Part shown: positions 25,448-32,000 of the stretch, piece by piece
Layout of the letters: every line of letters starts with the position of its first letter
Numbering within the stretch: position 1 is the stretch's first letter
Source: Geobacter sulfurreducens PCA
GTDB lineage: Bacteria > Desulfobacterota > Desulfuromonadia > Geobacterales > Geobacteraceae
Assembly (NCBI RefSeq): GCF_000007985.2
Contig: NC_002939.5
Location: 3,660,001 to 3,692,000, forward strand
DNA length: 32,000 nucleotides
Direction: 5' to 3'
Notes under the pieces: model-generated
What the model was told of the DNA's origin: nothing
What the model saw: the letters and a program-made list of their open reading frames with translations, nothing else
Database searches by the model: none
Made by a program: the position numbers and the translations under genes

Positions 25448-25553
25448 CCTCCGCGAAATGGGAGGAGAGTACCACCATCACCGGCGGGGGAAAAGCGGTT
25501 TATTGCCGGAGGGCACAGGCTGGAGTCGCTTCGGATGCAAAAAAGCTCAAGCA

Positions 25554-25582
25554 ATGAAACCACGGTGACGAAATGATATACT
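25554..25582 (+). promoter_or_regulatory. putative promoter for the dCache-GGDEF gene
   Basis: ATGAAA (25554-25559), 17-nt spacer, TATACT (25577-25582). Confidence 0.35.
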
Positions 25583-25615
25583 ACTGGTTACTACTTTTTC
25601 CCACGGCGGCGCGAC

Positions 25616-27217
25616 ATGAGACGAGCAAGCCTGAAAACCAAAACAGCCCTCTTTGTGCTCCTCGTCTTCTTTACCACGGCTCCCACTGCGGTCTACCTGA
25701 CACTTGAGTTCTTCGGAAGGTCGCTGCGGGACGTGGTGAATACCCACCAGGCGACCCTGCTGGCTCGAATCGGCGCTGAAATTGACGAAAAGCTCCAGGG
25801 CAGCCATGACGCCCTCATAAATGTCGCTCGCATGGCCACTGCCGACGACGTGACGTCCCCCGAGAGCGCCCGGCGCTTTCTTCATCGCTATCCCCTGCTG
25901 GCGGCATTCTTCGACAACGGCGTGTTCGTGTTCACGCCCGCCGGAATCTTGATGGCCGAGACTAATCAGGGGTTGCAGCGAACCGGCCTCGACTTCTCCG
26001 CCCGCGAGTACATCCGGCAGACCAGGATCTCGGAGCGCCCCTACATCTCGAGGCCCTTCGTGTCGAGCCAGCCCCACCACCATCCCACCGTCATGTTCAC
26101 TGCCCCGGTCTTTACGCCGAACGGAACCCTCGTTGCCATTCTCGGGGGGAGCATGGATCTGCTCAAGGGGAATTTCATCGGCTCCCTTGCCTCAACCCGC
26201 ATCGGCAAGGGAGGTCACTTTTACCTGTTTGCCGACGACGGCGTCCTGATCATGCATCCCCAACGGGAAAATATCCTGCAGCAGAACGTCAGCTCGGAGG
26301 TTCTGAACCACGCATCCTCCGTGCCCCGAGGAGGCGTCATCTCGGCCGAAACGGTCAGCGACGGCACCCCCATGCTGAGTACCCTGAAAAAGCTGAGCCA
26401 GACGACATGGACCCTGGCGGCCGACCTGCCGAAGGACGAGGCCTATGCGCCGCTCCGCATGGCGGAGCGTTCGGCATGGGCGGCCATCATCCCGTGGGGA
26501 CTCTTGAGCGTCGCGGCCATCTGGCTTCTCATGCGCCGGCTGACACTGCCGATCCTCGCGCTGGAGTGCCAGATTCGCGAGGCCGAGGACAGCGGTGCCC
26601 ACCGCAACGTGCTGATCCGTTCGGGGGACGAGATCGAACGGGTGGCCGAGGCATTCAACGGCCTCGTCAACCGGCTCATCGAGAAGGAAGACCGGCTCGT
26701 CCACCTCTCCAACCACGACTCCCTGACCGGGCTCTACAACCGCCTCTTTTTCGAGGCGGAGATGCAGCGGATCGACCGGGGACGGCATTTCCCCGTAAGC
26801 ATGGTGATGGTTGACGTGGACAATCTGAAAACGGTCAACGACACCTTCGGCCACACGGCGGGCGATGCTCTCATCATCAAGGCGGCCCAGGCCCTGCGGG
26901 CGGCATTCCGGTCCGAAGACGTGGTGGCGCGGGTCGGCGGCGACGAGTTCGCCGTCATCATGGAGGGATCCGACCACGAAACGGCGCTGGAGGCACTGGA
27001 ACGTGTCCGGGAAACCGTAGCGCTGCTCAACTCCGACGGAGATTCTCCCGAACTAGCCCTCTCGCTGGGCACCGCCACGGCCACGGCACCGCTCACCCTC
27101 GGACAAAGCTGGCGCCTGGCGGACCAGCGCATGTATGCCGACAAGGCGCGACGCAAGGCATCAAAGATAATCGGAAGCGGCTCCGCTTCCCGTGATTCGG
27201 CCGTTTCGGCCTCCTGA
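25616..27217 (+). CDS. sensor diguanylate cyclase (periplasmic Cache-like domain, TM, HAMP, GGDEF)
   Basis: 533-aa ORF with an N-terminal TM helix and a roughly 270-aa extracytoplasmic region of Cache-like pattern. A second TM helix (AAIIPWGLLSVAAIWLLM), a HAMP-like linker and a GGDEF domain follow. The GGDEF domain carries RSED-x5-GGDEF (I-site plus active site). Confidence 0.88.
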   Translation: MRRASLKTKTALFVLLVFFTTAPTAVYLTLEFFGRSLRDVVNTHQATLLARIGAEIDEKLQGSHDALINVARMATADDVTSPESARRFLHRYPLLAAFFDNGVFVFTPAGILMAETNQGLQRTGLDFSAREYIRQTRISERPYISRPFVSSQPHHHPTVMFTAPVFTPNGTLVAILGGSMDLLKGNFIGSLASTRIGKGGHFYLFADDGVLIMHPQRENILQQNVSSEVLNHASSVPRGGVISAETVSDGTPMLSTLKKLSQTTWTLAADLPKDEAYAPLRMAERSAWAAIIPWGLLSVAAIWLLMRRLTLPILALECQIREAEDSGAHRNVLIRSGDEIERVAEAFNGLVNRLIEKEDRLVHLSNHDSLTGLYNRLFFEAEMQRIDRGRHFPVSMVMVDVDNLKTVNDTFGHTAGDALIIKAAQALRAAFRSEDVVARVGGDEFAVIMEGSDHETALEALERVRETVALLNSDGDSPELALSLGTATATAPLTLGQSWRLADQRMYADKARRKASKIIGSGSASRDSAVSAS

Positions 27218-27291
27218 ACGCGGTCGCCGCATCCTCCGGAGCGGGATACCGCGAACAAGGTAGGGCTACAGCCTTACCCGGAGAACACCGG

Positions 27292-29676
27292 ATGAATCCC
27301 TTGGCCGCCAGCCACTTCCCCTGGTTGCTTTTGCTTCGGACACGCCTCGAACGGTCGTGGGCGCATCTGTGGCGCTCTTTCGCATCGATCCTGGCGGTCC
27401 TGACACTTCTCCTTGCCCTCTCGCCCCAGACGGCCCATGCCTCCGCTCCCGGCTCCCTCCTCGGCAAGATCCTTGTGCTGCACTCGTACCATCCTGGCTT
27501 CACCTGGACCCGCGAAGTGACGGCCGGCATCATGGCTGCCTTCAGGGAGGCCGACCCTGATGCGGACCCGTTTGTGGAATACCTTGACGCCAAGCGTTAC
27601 GGTGGGCCAATTCACGAGCGGCTCCTGGCGGACCTCTTCCGCCACAAGTTTGCCGGCGCCGGCCTCCAGGTGGTCGTCACCACCGACAACGCCGCCTTCG
27701 ACTTTGCCGTGAAACACCGTGCCGGGATCTTTCCCCGAGCGGCCATCGTGTTCTGCGGCCTGAACGGATATTCCGACAGCACCCTGGCCGGCATGTCCAA
27801 CATCGCCGGCGTCGTGGAGGAAGCCGATCCCCTCAGGACCATCTCTCTCGCCCTCTCCCTCCACCCCGACCGACGCCGGGTGGTGGTCATCAGCGACACG
27901 ACCGAAACCGGCCGGGCCATTGCCGACAGTGTCCGGCAGGCCAAGGGCAGGTACCGCGACCGGGCAGACATCGCAATCATCCAGGATGTGACCATGACGG
28001 AACTTGCCACGGCCGTTGAACGCCTGGGCAATAACTGCCTGATCATCCTTGGGGCCTTCAACCGGGATCGCCAGGGCCGATCCTTCAGCTATGAGGAGGT
28101 CCTGAGGTTTGTGCATGACCGGACCAAGGTCCCCATCTACGGTCTCTGGACCTTCCAGCTGGGCAAGGGCATCGTCGGCGGCAGCCTGCTGTCCGGCCAA
28201 CAGCAGGGAGAGGCCGCCGGACGGATCGCGTTGCGCATCGTCAAGGGTGAACTGCCCGAATCCATCGGGATAAGTCACGCGGTCCCGCCGGTTCTCCGCT
28301 TCGACTACAGCGAGTTGAAACGCTTCGGCATCAGCCACGTCAAGTTGCCCGCCGGGAGCGAAATCGTCAACGAGCCTAACCGCCCCCTGCATACCTATCG
28401 CCGCGAACTGGCCATCGCCGCCTCAGCCTTCCTGGTGCTGTGCGGGATCATTGCTCTGCTCGTTATCATGCTGCGCCAGCGTACCCTCCTGGAGCGCAGA
28501 CTCCGCACCTCCGAGCAGGAGTACCGCCAGCTGGTGCAGAACGCCAACAGCATCATCCTGCGTTTCGATACGAGCGGGAACATAACCTACCTGAACGAGT
28601 TCGCCGAGAGCTTTTTCGGGTACCCGGCCATAGAGCTGGTGGGTAAAAGCGTGGTGGGGACCATCACCCCGGAACGGGAATCTACGGGCAGGGATCTGGC
28701 AGCCATGATCGGGGAAATCTGCGAGAACCCCGACAGCTACACCCACAACGTCAACGAGAATGTCATGCGCAACGGTGAACGCGTATGGATCAGCTGGGCC
28801 AACAAGCCCCTGGCGGACGAACGGGGCAACCTTCGGGAGATTCTGAGCATCGGCAACGACATCACCCATCTGAAGGAAGCACAGGAGGAAATCCTCAGGC
28901 TCAACGTCGCCCTGGAGGAGCGGGTCCGGGAGCGGACCGCCCAGCTGGAGAGTTCCAACCGGGAGTTAGAGTCGTTCTGCTACTCGGTTTCCCATGACCT
29001 GAGGGCTCCCCTGCGGCACATCAACAGCTACAGCAGGATTCTTCTGGATGAGTACCTGCCGCTGCTGGACGAGCAGGCGCAGCATTTCCTGCAACGCCTT
29101 CAGGCGGCAAGCCACCGTATGGGACAGCTCATCGACGATCTGCTGGAGCTGTCGCGAGTGTCCCGTGCGGAGATGGAGTGTGAACGGGTCGATCTGACGG
29201 AGCTGTCACGAGGTGTGATCGAGGACCTGCGCGAGGGTGATGACGACCGGAATGTCGAGGTGCGGATCACGGAGGGAATGACCGCTTGGGGCGACCGACG
29301 GCTGCTCCTGCTCGTGCTTCAGAATCTCATCGGCAATGCCTGGAAGTACAGCTCGAAGCGGGAATATGCGGTTATTGAGGTTGATGTGGTGCGTCGGAAC
29401 GGCCGTGAGGTGTTCCTGGTGCGCGACAATGGCGTGGGGTTCGACATGGCCTTTGCCGATAAGCTCTTCGGAGCCTTCCAGCGTCTCCATTCGCCGGCGG
29501 AATTCGAGGGGACCGGCATCGGGCTTGCTACCGTGCAGCGGATCGTCCATCGACACGGGGGGGACATCTGGGCCGAGGCGGAACCGGATCGGGGGGCGAC
29601 GTTCTTTTTTACCCTCCCGCCCGAGCAGTGCTCTCCGGCAGAGATGCGGACAGCCTCTCCGCCCGAGGGGACGTGA
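27292..29676 (+). CDS. sensor histidine kinase with periplasmic ABC-substrate-binding-like domain, PAS, HisKA, HATPase_c
   Basis: 794-aa ORF with GGAGA SD. The signal/TM segment is followed by ILVLHSYHPGFTWTREV, typical of the ABC_sub_bind-type sensor domain. A TM helix (IAASAFLVLCGIIALLVIML) and a PAS domain follow. The H-box FCYSVSHDLRAPLRHI is canonical, and the N/G boxes are NLIGNAWKYS, DNGVGF and GTGIGLATV. Confidence 0.9.
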   Translation: MNPLAASHFPWLLLLRTRLERSWAHLWRSFASILAVLTLLLALSPQTAHASAPGSLLGKILVLHSYHPGFTWTREVTAGIMAAFREADPDADPFVEYLDAKRYGGPIHERLLADLFRHKFAGAGLQVVVTTDNAAFDFAVKHRAGIFPRAAIVFCGLNGYSDSTLAGMSNIAGVVEEADPLRTISLALSLHPDRRRVVVISDTTETGRAIADSVRQAKGRYRDRADIAIIQDVTMTELATAVERLGNNCLIILGAFNRDRQGRSFSYEEVLRFVHDRTKVPIYGLWTFQLGKGIVGGSLLSGQQQGEAAGRIALRIVKGELPESIGISHAVPPVLRFDYSELKRFGISHVKLPAGSEIVNEPNRPLHTYRRELAIAASAFLVLCGIIALLVIMLRQRTLLERRLRTSEQEYRQLVQNANSIILRFDTSGNITYLNEFAESFFGYPAIELVGKSVVGTITPERESTGRDLAAMIGEICENPDSYTHNVNENVMRNGERVWISWANKPLADERGNLREILSIGNDITHLKEAQEEILRLNVALEERVRERTAQLESSNRELESFCYSVSHDLRAPLRHINSYSRILLDEYLPLLDEQAQHFLQRLQAASHRMGQLIDDLLELSRVSRAEMECERVDLTELSRGVIEDLREGDDDRNVEVRITEGMTAWGDRRLLLLVLQNLIGNAWKYSSKREYAVIEVDVVRRNGREVFLVRDNGVGFDMAFADKLFGAFQRLHSPAEFEGTGIGLATVQRIVHRHGGDIWAEAEPDRGATFFFTLPPEQCSPAEMRTASPPEGT

Positions 29677-29677
29677 G

Positions 29678-30115
29678 TCAGAGACTGCAGCGCAACAGCT
29701 TCTTCCCGTCCCGGAACAGGATTTCGACCTTATTCGGCTTGATGACTGCCGTCACGATGCCGATGCCGAACGTCGGGTGATTCACCAGCGCATCGACCCG
29801 GAAAGACGCATCCATGGCATAGGGGACCGCTGAGGCCGAATCGCGCCCCTCCATGGCGTGCTCCCATTCCGAAGGACCCGCCACGGCCGAAGCCCGGCGC
29901 GACTTCTCCCCGGCCGGCCGGCGTGCTGACGACCGTTCAACGGTTTTTTTCTCTTCCTGGGGCGAATGGTAGTTGTGCTGGCCGCCGCAGGTATTGCACT
30001 GGACCCTCACCACCCGCGTTCCGATCATGGCCACGATGGTATGATTGTACACCGCCCGGCACTTGGTACAGCGCGCCTCTATGATATCTCCTGCTGAAAT
30101 CGGTCTGCCGCTCAT
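29678..30115 (-). CDS. zinc-ribbon protein with C-terminal small beta-rich domain (hypothetical)
   Basis: ATG 30115 (MSGRPIS...) has GAGGA 8 nt upstream; the ORF-track start 30136 is a GTG. Zinc-binding pairs CTKC...CNTC, then a basic linker and a C-terminal HPTFGIGIVTAVIKPNKVEILFRDGKKLL. Confidence 0.6.
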   Translation of the reverse strand: MSGRPISAGDIIEARCTKCRAVYNHTIVAMIGTRVVRVQCNTCGGQHNYHSPQEEKKTVERSSARRPAGEKSRRASAVAGPSEWEHAMEGRDSASAVPYAMDASFRVDALVNHPTFGIGIVTAVIKPNKVEILFRDGKKLLRCSL

Positions 30116-30177
30116 CGTTGGTATCCTCGTGGCCACTGGCCGTTAGTCCGTTTTGCCGACGCCTGCAAAGGGAGGAG

Positions 30178-30206
30178 GTTATAGCACTTCGCCCGGATTG
30201 AGTCAA
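30178..30206 (-). promoter_or_regulatory. near-consensus sigma70-type promoter for the zinc-ribbon gene
   Basis: On the minus strand: TTGACT (30206-30201), 17-nt spacer, TATAAC (30183-30178). Confidence 0.5.
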
Positions 30207-30248
30207 GGATGTTCCCCGAACGTGCCGGAGGAGGTATGGACCTGCCCG

Positions 30249-30277
30249 TTGAAATCATGCTATGGTTGAAACATATT
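30249..30277 (+). promoter_or_regulatory. putative promoter for the AAA ATPase-M16 operon
   Basis: TTGAAA (30249-30254), 17-nt spacer, CATATT (30272-30277). GTTGAAA is directly repeated at 30248-30254 and 30265-30271. Confidence 0.35.
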
Positions 30278-30299
30278 CGCAACGAGGTTGGACAACGCC

Positions 30300-31361
30300 A
30301 TGAATGTCGAACAAATGAAGGCGGTCCTGCGAGAGATCCTCGCCAGGACCGACCTGACGCCGTGCATCGTCGGCCACCGGGGGGTCGGCAAAACCGCCGG
30401 CATCATACAGCTCTGCCGGGAGACCGGCCGCCGTTATCAACCTATTCGCCTTGGCCAGATGGAAGTGGGGGACCTGGTGGGCATCCCCTATCGCGAAAAG
30501 GACGTCATGTACTGGTCGCGCCCCTGCTGGTGGCCCGACGACGACGCTCCGGACACGGTCATCCACTGCGATGAACTGAACCGGGCCCAGCAGGAGGACA
30601 CCCTCCAGGCCATCTTCCAGTTCGTGGAGCCCCCCTCCGAGGGAAACCGCCGTGCGCTCCACACCCACACTCTCCACCCCCGGCACAAGGTTGTGGTAAC
30701 TATCAACCCGCCTGACGGCACCTACCAGGTGGCCACCCTCGACCGGGCTCTCATCGACCGGATGGTGATGCTCTACGTGGAGACCGACTACCAGTGCTGG
30801 GCGCGCTACGCCGCGGCCAGGGATCTGGACCAGGGAGTGCGCCGGTTCCTGGCGGCCAACACCTCTCTGCTCGCCAGCCAGGGGAGCCCCCTGGAGATGG
30901 TCGCCGAGCCCACCGAGCGGGGCTGGGAAATGGTGAGCATCCTGCGCCGGCAGTGCCGTTTTCCCCGGGAACTGGAGATGGAGATCTACGCCGGCATTAT
31001 CGGCAAAGAGGCTGCCATCGCCTTTCTGCGCTGGTGTGCCGACCATGCGGCCCGGCCCGTAACCGCCGGCGAGGTGCTGAATCACTGGGACCACGTGGCT
31101 GAGAAGCTCAGGGCCCAGCGGGACGACCAGCAGGCAGTCACCATGAGCGACATCGTCACCACTCTTGCGGGCAACGGGGCACTGGCGCCAGAACAGGAAG
31201 AAAACCTCGTCCGCTACATCGACATTCTCCCCCGCGACATGCGCTTCGGCCTCGTCAAGTCGTTGCTGCGCATTCCCCCCGTGGCCATGGCCCTCTCCCG
31301 CGACAAGTACGACGGGGTAGTATTAGACGCCATCCAGGCCATCAGCGCCGAGGCCCGATGA
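30300..31361 (+). CDS. AAA family ATPase (MoxR/AAA_5-like)
   Basis: Start taken at ATG 30300 (MNVEQMK...); the ORF-track start 30288 is a TTG. Walker A GHRGVGKT and Walker B VIHCDELNRA. Roughly 170 aa of C-terminal helical region have no motif I recognise. Confidence 0.8.
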   Translation: MNVEQMKAVLREILARTDLTPCIVGHRGVGKTAGIIQLCRETGRRYQPIRLGQMEVGDLVGIPYREKDVMYWSRPCWWPDDDAPDTVIHCDELNRAQQEDTLQAIFQFVEPPSEGNRRALHTHTLHPRHKVVVTINPPDGTYQVATLDRALIDRMVMLYVETDYQCWARYAAARDLDQGVRRFLAANTSLLASQGSPLEMVAEPTERGWEMVSILRRQCRFPRELEMEIYAGIIGKEAAIAFLRWCADHAARPVTAGEVLNHWDHVAEKLRAQRDDQQAVTMSDIVTTLAGNGALAPEQEENLVRYIDILPRDMRFGLVKSLLRIPPVAMALSRDKYDGVVLDAIQAISAEAR

Positions 31362-32000
31362 CAGCAACCGCCCACCGGAAAACTCTCCCCAACGGCCTGC
31401 GTGTGGTGGCGGTGGAAATGCCCCACCTCCACAGTACCGAGATCGCGGTCTACGTACGCGTTGGCGGTCGCGACGACAGCCGCGCCACGGCCGGCCTCGC
31501 TCATTTCCTGGAGCACATGCTCTTTCGGGGCACCGCCGAGCACCCGACCAACCTGGAGCTGGAAGCCGCTTTCGAGGCCATCGGCGGCTGCGTAAATGCC
31601 GCGACCGACGCCGAATCCACCAGCTACTATTCCCGCGTCCACCCCGATCACGTGGCCGAAGGGCTGCGCCTGTTGGCAGCCATGGTCCTCACGCCGACCT
31701 TTCCGGGCATTGATATCGAAAAGCGGATCATCACCGAGGAAGCCCTGGAAGACATCAACGACCACGGCGACGACATCAACCCCGACAACCTCTCCAGCAG
31801 CATGCTCTGGCCCGACCACCCCCTCGGCATGCCGACCATCGGCTACCTCGACACCATCTCGGCTATCACCGAGGCCGACCTGAAGGGTCACATGACCCGC
31901 TACTACGTGCCCACCAACGCAGTGGTCGTAGCCGCCGGACGGGTCAGGGCCGACGACGTATTCGGGGCCGTCGCCGACGCTTTCGGCACCTGGGCGGGAC
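31358..32000 (+). CDS. M16 family (pitrilysin/insulinase-type) zinc peptidase, 5' part; continues beyond the window
   Basis: Not in the ORF track because it has no stop in the window. I translated it by hand from ATG 31358: MTATAHRKTLPNGLRVVAVEM...GLAHFLEHMLFRGT (inverted zincin HxxEH)...EKRIITEE. The ATG overlaps the AAA gene stop (ATGA, 31358-31361). Confidence 0.88.
   Translation, partial: MTATAHRKTLPNGLRVVAVEMPHLHSTEIAVYVRVGGRDDSRATAGLAHFLEHMLFRGTAEHPTNLELEAAFEAIGGCVNAATDAESTSYYSRVHPDHVAEGLRLLAAMVLTPTFPGIDIEKRIITEEALEDINDHGDDINPDNLSSSMLWPDHPLGMPTIGYLDTISAITEADLKGHMTRYYVPTNAVVVAAGRVRADDVFGAVADAFGTWAG

Overview
GC-rich chromosomal window that looks by gene content like a Geobacter/Desulfuromonadales-type deltaproteobacterium (small c-type cytochromes with CXXCH motifs, many GGDEF/sensor-kinase genes). 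I can support about 27 protein-coding genes, tightly packed and mostly housekeeping or stress related. In order they are: pyruvate kinase, a diheme cytochrome lipoprotein, DAHP synthase, a monoheme cytochrome c, two tandem DUF507 genes plus a lipoprotein, and groES-groEL behind a perfect CIRCE operator. These are followed by a prkA-yeaH-spoVR-prkA2 cluster ending in a small exported protein, kup, a long U32-family protein, hslO (Hsp33), a cyclase/formamidase-like gene and a histidine kinase-receiver-GGDEF hybrid. The window ends with a zinc-ribbon protein, a tiny exported poly-cysteine protein, an RluA-family pseudouridine synthase, a Nudix hydrolase, a dCache-HAMP-GGDEF cyclase, a periplasmic-binding-domain/PAS histidine kinase, a second zinc-ribbon protein, and an AAA ATPase translationally coupled to an M16 peptidase that runs off the right edge. 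I found no rRNA, tRNA, CRISPR array, transposase, integrase or obvious horizontally acquired island, so this looks like core genome rather than an accessory region. The best candidates for under-described biology are: (1) the five-gene PrkA/YeaH/SpoVR module with a second divergent PrkA paralogue; (2) an exported 109-aa protein with 13 Cys including a run of six consecutive Cys; (3) a kinase-receiver-GGDEF protein whose phospho-His and receiver Lys appear substituted; (4) the AAA ATPase-M16 peptidase pair; (5) a long U32 protein with the Cys cluster typical of O2-independent Fe-S hydroxylases. All functional calls come from by-eye motif recognition and no database search was run.
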